Positions 34,170 to 48,456 are shown, counted from the whole stretch's first letter. The stretch is 63,983 bases of DNA, filler included, from Lama guanicoe (GCA_013239625.1; 93 parts of 93 records of this genome joined end to end with filler, not necessarily neighbours in it); one strand, 5' to 3'. The notes: generated by a model not told the origin, from the letters alone. Numbers and translations are program-made.

Positions 34170-37100
34170 NNNNNNNNNNNNNNNNNNNNNNNNNNNNNNN
34201 NNNNNNNNNNNNNTTAATTAATTAANNNNNNNNNNNNNNNNNNNNNNNNNNNNNNNNNNNNNNNNNNNNATGAGAATGGTTTTACCTAGGAAGAGCCTTA
34301 AACTGACTCTAATAAATTTATTTTAAAGTCAGTTATAGCTATCATTAGTAACAGATCAGTTATGAATGATCTATCAACACATCTATGTCATAACCAAGAG
34401 CAGCTACTCCATAATGGGGTTTGAAGCCACCTCTTCTGGAAGCAATGGGAGTTTCAGGGTAGGGATCCTCAAGATGGGGGAGACAGCTGTCCTTCCCTTG
34501 GGGTGGGGCCGTGGCTTATCTTAATTTCCTCCAACTGGGATGTATCTTTCCTTTCTCACACTCATCACTTTGAGTCTCTATTAACGCATCACTAAAATAC
34601 TCATTTGGATTAGAGAAATTTACTCCCGAGTGGTTCTTCTTCCACATTCCCATTTCCTGCAGGACCGGGATGGATCTTATGCATCTCAGCACCTCTGCTG
34701 CCCAAAAAAACTGTCTGGTGGACTGGACTTTTGGTTCTCTTTCGTCTCTTCCATTTTCACTCAGCCTCTCATGAGATTGCAGTGGTCTTTACTTCNNNNN
34801 NNNNNNNNNNNNNNNNNNNNNNNNNNNNNNNNNNNNNNNTTAATTAATTAANNNNNNNNNNNNNNNNNNNNNNNNNNNNNNNNNNNNNNNNNNNNACAAG
34901 CATAAACTCTATTCTCTAAATATTTATCTCTAACAAAGCTGAGGGAAAAAAGCTACTCTTTAAAACTTGGGACTTAAAAAGAAGTATTTATATTGCTAAA
35001 TACCTATAAAATCTGATTTTAAAGTACTTTTTGCTAATACTAATATTCTCTATTCATTCATTTATCAGTAAATACATACATAAATGGTAAAATCTTAAGT
35101 TATCATCATCTTTAAGCTTATCTTAGGAAAGAGGTGTCCCTAATGTGACTCAACTAAAATTATTTTCATCAAAACTCTAACAATTGTATTTACGGTAAAT
35201 GTTTCTAGGATCTGCGGGCTATATACATAAAGTAGAACATATGAAAGAAGAGCAAATTATATGTCATACTGATACTTCTGCATATAGCCACAGATAATCA
35301 AAACAGGGCAAACAACACAATCAAATGTGGTCTGTGGTCACTGGAGAGGAAGTGCCATCAATTTTCTACACTTGTGTTTGTTCCCACTACCTCCACCAGC
35401 ATCTTCCGTACAAAGTTCAACATACGTTTGTTAAGTACTTACCGAACATTTACTTTCTTTTCAGAACTATGAACAAGTTATTCTATTATACACACCACTT
35501 ACACACACCACTACACTCCATTAGTTTATAGGCTTATGCTACAAAGGTTTACAGTTGACCTGGTAAGTGCCACTGGAGCATCTATTCACTATCACTCAAC
35601 AGTAGTTTCAGTCAATTAATCCCCTTTTTAGCATTTTGTATATTCACCAACCCAGAATAGGTTAGAGATCGCAAAACCACTACTGCACACTCATACACGC
35701 TCGGATCTCTGAGAAAGATGAAAGCTACAGACTTTCTTCCTAGAAAAAATGCCATCTTAAATGTACACATTATTTCATGCTAATTTATAAATGCATCTTG
35801 AGGCTAATGGACTTCATGTTGGAAAAAAAAAAAAAAAAACCTTATTGTGAGAGGAGTGATGAGGCAGGCTTACNNNNNNNNNNNNNNNNNNNNNNNNNNN
35901 NNNNNNNNNNNNNNNNNTTAATTAATTAANNNNNNNNNNNNNNNNNNNNNNNNNNNNNNNNNNNNNNNNNNNNAAAGGCATATGGCCATGATCTCACGTG
36001 TCCAAGCTCAGTGATAACTTATTACACATTTAATTAAATTCTGGCTAGATAATATGACCCCAAAGTTGAAAAATCACTAGCTTTAAGGTTGAGAATTTAC
36101 TTTATTCAAACAATCAATGTGTGATACAAACAATGTGTGCCTTGCTTCCTGTGATTTAAAAAAATGGGCCATGTTTTGACAATATTTTCACTAACTGGGT
36201 TAAAAATTGTAAAATATTATTTGGCTACTTAGAAATAGCATCCAAACATTTAATGTTTTAACATACTACAGAACATAAATAAGCAGAAGCAAACTAGTTT
36301 GCCAGGATTTCTGAGCAGAGTATTTCCAACTTTAGGCATATGATTTAGGTATTTTACTGACTTGGAATTTATGAATGGAAATGAGCCTTCATTGGGAAAT
36401 CTCTTCCTATTTATAGATTTCTTGTTCAATTTGAATAGGAGAACTCTTTAAAAAAAAGTCATTAATACTGTTTCCATGTTCAGCAATCTATACATTTAAG
36501 TAATTTCTCTAATTTAGTAAGAAAAAAACATACATTGTTTAGCTTAAGCTATTATCAAGTTTTAGGTACTGTGACAAAGAAACAGTATCACACTTCTCAC
36601 TGATACAATACTATTATTTTAATTTTACAATTAACTTACTTAAGATTTTGTGCCAGATCTTGATAAAGGAGTGAGGAATACACTATGAAACTGGTTCCCT
36701 GGGAGAGAGCGGTAAAAGAAAGTTCAAANNNNNNNNNNNNNNNNNNNNNNNNNNNNNNNNNNNNNNNNNNNNTTAATTAATTAANNNNNNNNNNNNNNNN
36801 NNNNNNNNNNNNNNNNNNNNNNNNNNNNAGCATATGCCTTTCCTGAACTGTTGAAGCCCCCAGGTACAATGTCACAATGTGATTTAGTCACAATACTATT
36901 TTACATTTATTATCATTTCATAGTTTTTTTTTCCTTTTCTCCTAAATAAACTGAAACTTGCATAAGCCATTTCCTCTCACAATGTGTAGCAGAATACCAC
37001 CTATCTCTGGCAAAGAACAGTGTATGGGGAGAAAAATGACATTCTTTGAATTTTTGTTACTTTTTTTGTCTCCCCTATTAAGTTTATATAACTGGTTTCT

Positions 37101-40100
37101 TACCCTTATGCAACTTGACAAATCAGATGACTACTTTAAAGATTTATTTTTTCTTTAAAATAGTCAATTACATCATGCCATTTTTTTTTTCCATCTTCAC
37201 AGTTGAATTCTGTTTCTCCATTCTTTCTGTCTGGGAACTGTGTTTCTACAACCAAGACTGAAGCNNNNNNNNNNNNNNNNNNNNNNNNNNNNNNNNNNNN
37301 NNNNNNNNTTAATTAATTAANNNNNNNNNNNNNNNNNNNNNNNNNNNNNNNNNNNNNNNNNNNNGTACCTGAGCTGCAATGAAGCCAGTACGAGCAGAGC
37401 AAGCCCCTCCTAGGATCAGAGTTCATCCACCTTCACACTCTGTGAACAACACTGAACTCCTAAAGGTCAAGAGTCTCGACTGAAATAGATAGGAATTGAA
37501 TACTTAGCTCACACAATGAAATGATGGCCTTCGGCTAGATTCAGCAAATGCTGGGTTTATGTCTTCTCTGGAGTGAAGGGAGTGTGGTAAGTGAGGGGAA
37601 TCTTTGACTGAACTTGTATATGTATTAGGCCTCAGTTTTTCAAGAGAGTATAAGTAAATAGTATAATTCAGATAGTGAACTGAACCGTAAAAGTCGCCAA
37701 TGACTTTAAAGACAGTTATGTGGATCCTGTTTCACTTGATCAAACCCCCAGGGGCACTATATCATGAGGGTGCAGACTTGGTTGTATTAAATGGCTTTAC
37801 CCAACATGATCGGATGNNNNNNNNNNNNNNNNNNNNNNNNNNNNNNNNNNNNNNNNNNNNTTAATTAATTAANNNNNNNNNNNNNNNNNNNNNNNNNNNN
37901 NNNNNNNNNNNNNNNNTCTCCCCTCTCTGCCTGGAGATGCCCTGGTTTCACCTGTTCTCAGCCCATGAGGCTGCAGGCCTCTCTGGAGACTCTGCCCTCT
38001 CTCTTCCCAGGGAGGCTGCTTACGTAAGCCCAGCCCTGGTGCGCTGCCAGCCTCCCGGGCCCGGCCCGTGAAGTAGGGCAGATGCAGAGAGTCTGCCAGA
38101 GCGGGTGAGCAGGCACCTCGGAGCCAGGCCAGGCCGAAAGGGCCCTGCCGGGATCTGGAGTGCAGGGGAGCGGGACAGGGCTGGTCAGTACAGCTTTCTC
38201 TCCCCAAGCCCAGGGCTGTCCACACGGCCCACACTGTGGTGCCCAGAGTCGGGAAAAGGCTGATGTGATTTCTGGCTGCTTCCAGCTGCCACACTGTCCC
38301 CCTCCACCACCCACCGTGCACCCTCGGCACAAGTCAAGAGTTCCACCCACAGAGCCAAAACCAGGAGGAGGGGGCGGCCATGGAAAGCCTGCTGATGGGA
38401 CGAGGCCAGAGGCCAGGTTTACCTCCCCACTCTTCCCATCCCGAAGCCCCCTCCTTCTCAGGCTTGCACTTGAGTGTTCTGTGCTGGCTGGGTGAGTGGC
38501 TTCGATATGCTCTGAAATTGGCTTGAGTCTCCCAGCCGGACAAGCCCACGAGCCCACAAGCCCACAAGCCCACCACCCCGCAGCAGCCGGGTCAGAAAGG
38601 CCGCGGACGGGATCTTCCCTTTGCTGGCCGTTCTCTAACCCCACGTGCTCCCTCCCTTCCAAATGCCCAGGCCTTTGTGGTTCCCTCCTCTTGGGGACGG
38701 TTGGGTTGCTGGGCTGAAAGCAGAAACTGCCCAAACACAAACTCCCCTNNNNNNNNNNNNNNNNNNNNNNNNNNNNNNNNNNNNNNNNNNNNTTAATTAA
38801 TTAANNNNNNNNNNNNNNNNNNNNNNNNNNNNNNNNNNNNNNNNNNNNACAGTGCCATATTGTTGAGTATTGCTGATAATATTAATTGTTGACTATTGAA
38901 CTGGTAATAGCAACTGGGCAGGGAGGGATTCATTCTGCTCAGGCAAATCCCAGTGCTAAATAAATATTTATTGAATGCTCAGGCATTCAGACAGAATCTT
39001 GAGCTACAACAATAAAAAGACTCAAAAGCTCTTAATTCAGAGAAAATTTCCTTCCTCAGTATCTGTCTGGGAAACACACATGGGTCCTGACGTTCTATAT
39101 GGTACACACAGCTAAGAGCACGCAACCAGCATCCCCCAGGTCCTGCCTGTCTTTGGAACATCACTCACTTTTTCATGTTGGCACAGGCCTCTTGTTTAGC
39201 ATTGCTGAGAAACGGCGTAGTCACAGATCTTCTAATACTTTGGATAACTGATGTTCAGTCACGGTATCAGCCAGTGTTCATTCAAGCAAATAGAAGTTGC
39301 TGTTTGTGTAAGAATGTAGGGAATCAGAGGTTCCCTGCTTGTCAGATGGGATCAAGGGCAGGTCGNNNNNNNNNNNNNNNNNNNNNNNNNNNNNNNNNNN
39401 NNNNNNNNNTTAATTAATTAANNNNNNNNNNNNNNNNNNNNNNNNNNNNNNNNNNNNNNNNNNNNGATTGGTGCCTAAGTTTACTGAGTCTTGCCAGTGG
39501 GGTCTTCCAATTCCGTTCCCACTGAAGTGTGTTCCCGTTTATCTGTGTGATTTCTCGTGATGTTCCTCACCTTCTCCTTCAGTTCAAGCTGCCTTCCCTG
39601 GAATCCCACACACTGAACACTCTGTGCACGGCCTGACTATGAAGACATGGCCTGGACATTCCAGTATTCCCTGAGCAAGGACCCGCCCCCAAATCTTCTC
39701 TCCTTCGTGTCGTGCCTGTCCNNNNNNNNNNNNNNNNNNNNNNNNNNNNNNNNNNNNNNNNNNNNTTAATTAATTAANNNNNNNNNNNNNNNNNNNNNNN
39801 NNNNNNNNNNNNNNNNNNNNNTCCACCTTCCCAAACCGAATTCTTGATTCCTCCCCACAGAAGTGAAACACGTCCCTCAGCAGTCCCCAGCTGAGACTGG
39901 TAATCTGGCCTTCCTGGTGGAAACCCATGGCCTGTCTCAGCTCCCCTCGTCCCGTCTCCTCACCGGGGGGCTCAGGAGGGGGACGTAAAGCAGCGGGACA
40001 AGGGCCTTGTAGTGATGGTGCTCCTGTCTTTGGGGTCAGATCTCTCTTTCACAGGGCACATTTGGGGTCTTCCACCCCCTCACTCCGGCAGCAGTGTCTG

Positions 40101-42818
40101 GAAGTAAACCCCACAGAGCTTCTTCCCCTTGAAGAGAGCTGCCCTTCGTAGGTGGTGCCCCCTGCCCCCTCCTCAGCGTCCTCTCTCACCCAAGGGAGAC
40201 TCTTGTCCCCCCTGCAGCCTCTTGCCCTCGCTCTGCGGCCCGGAGCGTCCCCAGCCCGTCCCTCCTTTGACACTTCCCAAAGAGAGCCGAGCACCTGTTT
40301 CTGAGACCTGCAAGCTCAGGGAGCCTGGCACCTCTCCGTGCCAACCTCCTTCATCCCCCTTCGAAAGAGGAAGGGAAAGGGGGAGAGATGCGGAACCTCC
40401 GACAGCCAGCCCAGGGGAAGTCTCCTGCACCAATCCCGCTCCTCCTCGCGCTCTTCTTTCCTAACATGTCGTTTGAAGGTAGAGGCTATGAGTGGCTTTT
40501 GGCGGGGGCGGGTGGGGGCTTTTTTCTTTTGCTAATAGAGCAAGTCCTCCATGGATACTCTCTTCAGANNNNNNNNNNNNNNNNNNNNNNNNNNNNNNNN
40601 NNNNNNNNNNNNTTAATTAATTAANNNNNNNNNNNNNNNNNNNNNNNNNNNNNNNNNNNNNNNNNNNNGGCAATAAGGGAGCTAGAAAGAAGCCAGCTGC
40701 TCCTTAACCACAACATGACCATCGGATGCTAAGTTAGCTTGAAAAAGCTGGTAACATTGACCCCCGAGCAGTCAATTAGAAACGTAAGACCGGCCAGCTG
40801 CAGAGGGGTTAGCAGAAACACAGGAGAAGCCAGGAGTCAGAAATCCAGAGGTGGACGTGCTTCTGGGGGATGGGACCAGCCCTGGAGGATGGAGGAGGGA
40901 ACAAAGGTGACAGAAGGATCGCCAGTCCTGCAGAGAGGGAGCAGACACGTGAGCAGGAGGAGGGCTGACCTGGTGAGCAAGGCCGTGAGGACCCAGGGGG
41001 GCTCTGAACACCCAGTGACCCCCGCCAGGGATGCAAAGCCGAGGGGAGGGGCGGTCTGCGCAGCACTGGCGTTGCAGACTTGGTGGCTTCGGAAGAGCGG
41101 GCTGCGCCCCCATCTCTTAGCCAGGTGGCCATGCTGGCTGCCGATCACCAGGCAGGAGGGCNNNNNNNNNNNNNNNNNNNNNNNNNNNNNNNNNNNNNNN
41201 NNNNNTTAATTAATTAANNNNNNNNNNNNNNNNNNNNNNNNNNNNNNNNNNNNNNNNNNNNGGCCACATCACTAGGGTAGGAAAGGCCACATCGTATCTT
41301 CATTTATCTTCGTCCACCTGTTCTCTATATTAAGATAGAAGAAGCCGTGTGTGCTGGTGCAATGTGTTGTCCATCTTTCTCGTGTTCCCCTGTGAGAGAT
41401 ATGCTTTAGTATAAATATTTGTTTTAGGTGCTTATTTAAGGGAGAAAGAAAGAGGAGAGAAGGGAAGTTGTAGAAATGTGGCTGAGATGCACAGACCTCA
41501 GCCTCTTCATTACTGCTCCCTGGTTCCTGATGTGCAAGGAAAGTGGCATCGCTCTGGCATAGATTTCATTAATCACAACCTTCTGGCTAAACACAAAAGT
41601 CCATGTACTCCTCTTATTTATCATTTATATTTCTTGCTGCACGATTATCCTAAAATCCTTCAGAGGAGACCATTTATAGAAAACTCAAAAGAAAGACATA
41701 AGTAAATAAACCTGACTGAATCCCCTCATGGAAAGCATCTTGCTCCTTGATGCCAAACAGTCTCTTTTACTTAACCAGCCACTGAAACTGTCAGGAAATG
41801 ATGACTAATCTTCTTCCCGTCACTTCAGGTAAATACACTCTCATACACGAGGGCCATGCTTATGAAAATGAGACGAGCAAGTAACTGCTCAAAAACTAAA
41901 ACTTCATAACAAGCGATTGGCAGTTTTAAATATTTTGTGATGCAGTAAATAAATCAATTACAAACCACTGGTTAATATATAGTTTAAATATATGTATATG
42001 GTTTACATAATCATATTTTCAAAATCACTAATTTATATGTAGTTTAGATAATAAAACTTTCAAAATGCCTATGAAAATACTTCAAGAAAATTTANNNNNN
42101 NNNNNNNNNNNNNNNNNNNNNNNNNNNNNNNNNNNNNNTTAATTAATTAANNNNNNNNNNNNNNNNNNNNNNNNNNNNNNNNNNNNNNNNNNNNATTTAG
42201 GAAAGCATAGCATTGTGATATTGTATGTAATTTAATTATCTTGGAAAAGCAATGCTACAGTGAAAAGTAATTTTAAATTAATTCTTGGTTATAGCTTGAT
42301 TGATTCAAGGAGAAAAAGGTCCCATTTTTCTGAACATATCCTTATATAAAAAATATAACTATTTCCATACTACATTTTCATCTCCTTTTTCAAATATTTA
42401 TAGCCAAACACAAATAAAATGTGAAATGAATCTTTGATAGTATTTGTTTTGCTTGATTGAACTGTTGCCTTAAAGCCCTCGTAAATGAAAGACTGTTAAT
42501 AGTAGGAGTGGCAGGAGTAGTGGAAACTGCTTTGTGTCTTTGAGTAATGACACCAAGAAAAAGCACAGTGTACTATTACTGCATCTATTCTGTCTTAGCA
42601 GAGTCATGTCTTAGAGCGGTGAACCACATAAGGTATTTTATGAGCTCAAATTTTTTATAGCAATAGCCAAATCATTTGGGTCTAGTATACCCTGCTTACA
42701 TAGTTTTGAAGATGGAATNNNNNNNNNNNNNNNNNNNNNNNNNNNNNNNNNNNNNNNNNNNNTTAATTAATTAANNNNNNNNNNNNNNNNNNNNNNNNNN
42801 NNNNNNNNNNNNNNNNNN

Positions 42819-43316
42819 CATTTCCTTTCATCGTCACGTCCCCTCAGGTCCCTCTGGGCTGTGATGGCTCCTCAGACTTGCCTTATTTTTCCACGAATCC
42901 CCTTGACGGTTTTGAGGAGTACCGGTCAGGTGTGACCATCCCTCGGCTGGGATTTGTCTGACATTTTTCTCGTGACTGGAGTGGGATTAGATGTTCTGGG
43001 GAGGAAGGTCACAGAGTAAAGGCCACTCTTGTCATATGTGAAGGGTGTGTCCTATCGACATGACTTACCACGGTCGACGTCGACCCTGGTCGCCTGGCTG
43101 AGGCCTCTGCCCTGTAAGTTCGCTCTTTCCCCTCCCTTTACATCCTGTACTCCTTGGGAGGAAGCCGTGTGCACAGCCCACGCTTAAGGAGTGGGGAAGT
43201 ATGCCCGCTTCTCTGTGGCAAAGCACCTACGTCAGTCATTCGGAATCAGGGGCGCTGTCTCTTCTCTCCCGTGTGTTTGCTTGTTCAGTCTTTTATTGAC
43301 GTCAGTGTGGAGTCAT
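42819..43316 (-). mobile_element. L1MC3/L1MD-like 3' UTR, unusually GC/CpG-rich
   Basis: CTTGACGGTTTTGAGGAGTACCGGTCAGG...GGGATTTGTCTGA..TTTTTCTC.TGA...GGGGAGGAAG.TCACAGAG...CACAGCCCAC.CTTAAGGAGTGGGGA. Confidence 0.8.
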
Positions 43317-43509
43317 NNNNNNNNNNNNNNNNNNNNNNNNNNNNNNNNNNNNNNNNNNNNTTAATTAATTAANNNNNNNNNNNNNNNNNNNNNNNNNNNN
43401 NNNNNNNNNNNNNNNNCCGAAAGGCTACACATAGTCTCTGAGGCCTGGAGTACCACTGAGTCACACGTTTGCACCAAGCTCGGGCCTGTTAATTCTCAGG
43501 TGCGTCTCT

Positions 43510-43960
43510 CTGCATCTTCTGTCTCCTCTTATCCAGAGTGGAGACTTCAGCAAACTTGACTTCCCAGACCCTCCTGGCAACCGAATTCCAGCTGGGTTTG
43601 GCCCACGGGGGGCAAATGTGCAAGGTGGGAAGACAGAGGACCGAGCACCATGTGCATTTCTCTCCCCGTTTCTTTGCCTTGACTAGCACCTGTGGAACTG
43701 GCCGCAGCATCTCTTGCATCTGTCTCCCTCCCCCTGGGTGGGCTCTGATGTTTCAGTAATGATACTTTTTCCCTTCCTGGCTCCAGCCTGTGGGCAGTAG
43801 CTTTTTTTTCCTGATGTAACTGATCTCTGGGTTGCTTTACCATTTCCACTTGGCTTCTCAGATTCACTCTTACTTGCATAATAAATTCCCTGAATTCAAT
43901 TCTCTCTTTTGCAAGTACCCAGGGATTTCTGTTCCCTTGGTTAGATTTTACCTTGATGCT
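43510..43960 (+). mobile_element. ERVL LTR (LTR33-like), decayed
   Basis: ACTTCCCAGACCCTCCTGGCAACC...GGGTTTGGCC and a 3' TAAATTCCC...TACCCAGGGATTTCTGTTCCCTTG. Confidence 0.5.
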
Positions 43961-45849
43961 CCTTGAGACTGAACTTTTTTGCTAGAAGCAAGCAGGGTCT
44001 CAGTACCCTAAGACTAGAGGTGCTACTTCATACTCGACAACTTGAATGGCAGGTGACATCTGGGCCACCCTGGTTGAAGCACTGTTTAATTCAGAGCAAG
44101 GAAGATTTATAATTCCCGTAAGTAGAATGATATCGCTTTTTTAATATGCTGAGAACTTGGGCATATTACCAGACCAGGACCCTCCACGTTATTATTTTTG
44201 TAGTTTTTGTTTTGCTTGTTTTGTTTGTAGCTCCCAGTGTTGCTGGGTTTTGAGGTTTTGAAAAGTGATGGCAATCTTGAGAGATGCGGAAAACTTAGAA
44301 AAATTCCATTTCAGAATCCCCAATTTTTGCTTATGATGGTGATTAAAACAACATATGTCTTAGCTGACTGGTNNNNNNNNNNNNNNNNNNNNNNNNNNNN
44401 NNNNNNNNNNNNNNNNTTAATTAATTAANNNNNNNNNNNNNNNNNNNNNNNNNNNNNNNNNNNNNNNNNNNNCATAGTCCAAAATTCTCCTAGGAAAATG
44501 TGAGTGGGAGCAGGTTATGATAATGGTGACTCTGCTTAGGTCGTGCTTGGGTTTGGGGAAAGTAGCAGAAATTGGGTTAGATCTTTGGGCAGCATTCACA
44601 GAGAATTAAGCAAATCTTGTGACTGGGGCTCAATCCTCTTACTCGTCCCTCCCACCCCCATTCTAAGAACTCCTCTGGATGAGAAACCCAGCCTAGTCCT
44701 CACTGGTCCATCAGCTCCAGAGTTGTGACAGAAGCAGAGACTTCATTCCCACTGGCTTACTTTCTTCTCAGACCTCTCAAAAAATGGAGGGCCTAATTAT
44801 CTGCTCAGTTGCTTTATGCCATCTGAGGAAATAAAATTGAGAAGTGTTTTTCATACAGCCAAGTCTTCCTGATGAACATAAAGTCACTTCTAATTCATTT
44901 ACTATAGTCAGTACATTCTAATATAAAACAGCATGTTTCAGGAAACACTCCATCACTGCTTAGCTCTACTTCCTCTTCCCCACAGTTCTACCTCTTTACC
45001 TCTATTCTAAAGTATAGAATTCAGCCTCTCCACCTCCAGTCCATCTTCCACTTTTNNNNNNNNNNNNNNNNNNNNNNNNNNNNNNNNNNNNNNNNNNNNT
45101 TAATTAATTAANNNNNNNNNNNNNNNNNNNNNNNNNNNNNNNNNNNNNNNNNNNNGTCACCCTACAACCAGGGCCTGCCTCGCCCCTCAGAGGCCGCCCT
45201 CCCCCGCCCTCGGCCGCCAGAGCCCCCGGGACATGTGTGAATTGTGCTCAGACATCTCATGGCACACAAGCGTGTACCTGGACAGAGCTTCCTGCCTTCA
45301 TCTTCTCTCCCCACCCCGACTCCAAAGAGTAAAAAACCATAAACGAGGACTGTCTGGTTGCCCATAATATTTAGCACAATGTCTTTCAACAGTAGATAGT
45401 CCAAAATTTTCTCAGCTTTGGGTTTTTTCATATTCAAAATGATATGAGATCATTCTAGAAAACTAAAGCCATACAGAAAAGTGCAAAGAAAATAAAGTCA
45501 GCTGAAATCCTCCTGTCACTCTCTGTGGCACATCCATAAACAGATACACATACATAACAATGCACTTTTTTTTTAAAATCATTTTCACGTTTCCATGGTA
45601 AGGCGCACACACATGNNNNNNNNNNNNNNNNNNNNNNNNNNNNNNNNNNNNNNNNNNNNTTAATTAATTAANNNNNNNNNNNNNNNNNNNNNNNNNNNNN
45701 NNNNNNNNNNNNNNNTAATTCACTTGAAAACACAAGTCTCTCACCTGAAACAGTCACCGATACTCAGAAACCTGGGGTGTTATCACAGAAACCTTTAGAG
45801 TTGGAGCACATGGGTGTCACGTTATCGAGTCCAATATTCATCACATGCG

Positions 45850-45871
45850 CACACACACACACACACACACA
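45850..45871. repeat. (CA)11 microsatellite
   Basis: Read directly. Confidence 0.9.
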
Positions 45872-47319
45872 AAAATGCATGATTACAACAGACAGACTTG
45901 ATAACTGGTAGACCCTCACATAATTCTGAAGTATACAGAGAAGTACCGTACTAGCAACAGCCAAGGGAAGTTAGAGAAATTGCCTTTCCCAAAACCTGGC
46001 CAAGAGACCTAACTGAAAGCAAATCACATGCCAGGGAAATGCCAGAAATAAATGCAACTGAGCTAAAGATGCAACAGTGACTGTCTCCATCATACTGCCA
46101 TTTAACTAAGCATTGTGGCAATTTTGAATCCTTAATATAGTAAGTATATTCAATGAATCTTGTTCCACATCTGTAAAATACACTCTGTGATGATGAACCA
46201 TAAAAAGCTTGAGTCAGGTTGCTTGAATTGAAGTCCTGCTTCATTTTTTCACCTGATATGCAACCTTTACTACTACAATTTAATCTTATAGAGTAAACTG
46301 TACTCTGTAACCTCCTGTAATCTTTGATTCTTTTCATCNNNNNNNNNNNNNNNNNNNNNNNNNNNNNNNNNNNNNNNNNNNNTTAATTAATTAANNNNNN
46401 NNNNNNNNNNNNNNNNNNNNNNNNNNNNNNNNNNNNNNGCTTTAATATTGCCATATGTCTTCCAAAAATTCAGACTTCTGTTAGACTCTGTTTAATGAAA
46501 AAATGATTTTCTAAAATGTTGGCCTAAACTTCCTGAACACCCTGAGCAGATCAGTAGCTTGTGTTACCAAATCTCTTTAAAACAACCAAAAAATTATGCT
46601 ACTTCATCTTTGCCTCCATCATGGCTCTGTGTCACAACACAAAGTTAGAACCCTGAGAGACCTTTGGTTAATTCTGCTTAATACTTCTATGGTATAAATG
46701 TGTTGTCACCAACCATGCCTTTAATTTGGTAGAGAATTTACTGCCCTCCCTCCAAAACTGAACAAATAAAATGTGCCATTTATTTGAGTATATTTCCCCT
46801 TTCCTTCTCACAAAATATTTTTCTTATTTTTTTCCCTAATACATGATGTTATTCTATTTTAGCAACATTTCCAAATGAAGTTGTGTTTTTCAAATCTGCG
46901 TTGTATGTAGAACTGAAGATTTAAAATTGAGACATGAACTTCCAGAAGAGAGGTGGTATGTGTGGACAACTTGTAGTTTTTCAGTAGAGTAATAGAAGAT
47001 GTGTCCAAAAAAAAGGGTAAAGAACTTTCCAGCAGACCAAGAATTTCACCTTTGCAATACTATATACCTGGCATTGGACATTTTACTTCTCGCAAGGCCA
47101 GTGTATGTTCCTCTTCATGCTGTTTGTGTGNNNNNNNNNNNNNNNNNNNNNNNNNNNNNNNNNNNNNNNNNNNNTTAATTAATTAANNNNNNNNNNNNNN
47201 NNNNNNNNNNNNNNNNNNNNNNNNNNNNNNGAGACAGAGACAGAGAAAAGGAAACCCACTGCCTCGTGCAGGAAACTTTTTCCTGCAAAGCAAAACAAGG
47301 TTCTATAAGGAAAGTGCCC

Positions 47320-47731
47320 GTCAAAGCAAAATGGCGTCCTGACAAAATTGAACAGGTAAAGAAGACTTTATTCAAGAGCATTGCAACAGGAGAGAAAGGC
47401 CAGAACCCATACGAGCTCGACTCTGCTGAGGCAAAATGCTGGAGAGTTTTTAAGAGATGAGGTGAAGGGGGTCATAGACCATCTGTGTTTGCTAATTGGC
47501 CTTCTCCATACGAAAACCAAACTTTCTCTTATCTTCATGACGGGAGGTAGTCCTACAGCTGCAAACAAGAGGCCCGCCCTCCTGCGGAGGCCGGGAGCCT
47601 GGCGTGCTAGCTTCGATGATTGTATATCAGAGCGGTGATTTTTACATCCTTGATAAATGCATTTTCAGAACTGTAAAACTCTGGAGAGGCTTGGAGAAGA
47701 TTTACATACCTTTCAAAGGGGCGGAGAAGGA
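47320..47731 (-). mobile_element. ERV1-class LTR, antisense
   Basis: AACAGGTAAAGAAGACTTTATTCAAG (reverse-strand polyA signal) ... AGAAGATTTACATACCTTTCAAAGGGGCGGAGAAG, MER34/MER31-group-like. Confidence 0.6.
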
Positions 47732-48403
47732 NNNNNNNNNNNNNNNNNNNNNNNNNNNNNNNNNNNNNNNNNNNNTTAATTAATTAANNNNNNNNNNNNN
47801 NNNNNNNNNNNNNNNNNNNNNNNNNNNNNNNGTGATGCAGATTTGGGGCAGAGCTGAACTGCCGTGGAGAATAGAGATGAAGGCTGGCGCCGGCTACCCT
47901 GAGGCACCTTTCTCTTTACTTTCTGGGACAGCTCAGCTGCACGTCTATGTGCGGTAAATAGTCAGTGAATATTGGTTTGGATGGGTGCCAAATCTCTCTC
48001 CTTCCAAGGCACCCACCAAGCTCTGTCCAGCTTTGCAGGATGCTCAGTAAGCTGTTCCTTCGTTACACAAACTGCTTCAAAGACTTGTTCGGTACAACAT
48101 AACCAGTGAAATTTAGAAATGAGGAGCCAAAGGCTGGTGTGTACTGTTAGCACAGCCATAAAATTCCTAGGCGCTCAGTCCCATGGGCCCCGAAATAAAG
48201 GCTCTGTGTTCGTGGTGCTGCTCCTTCATTATGTATTCGTAGATCCCCCACAGGACAGCGGGAGCAACAGGAGGGTGCAGGTTAAGGACTCGCTGACTTT
48301 TTCTCAGAATTTCCCAAGCCCTGTCACTACTAAAGGTCCGCTTTTCAGGCAACATCTTCCAGAAAGCCCTCTAAAACCAGTCAGGAGCCTCTAAAGCATA
48401 TGC

Positions 48404-48456
48404 AGGGGTGAGCAAACTCTTTCTGCAAAGGGTCCAACAGTAAGTATTTTAAGCTT
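48404..48456. mobile_element. MER58 terminus, cut at the fragment end
   Basis: CAGGGGTGAGCAAACT.TTTTCTG.AAAGGG.C.A.CAGTAAGTATTTTAAGCTT. Confidence 0.7.

Noticed and set aside
37869..38740. 260-aa and 153-aa ORFs, the longest region of open frames
   Set aside because: Multiple overlapping frames on both strands of GC-rich DNA, G/P/R/W-biased, with no recognisable domain. This is expected stop-codon depletion.
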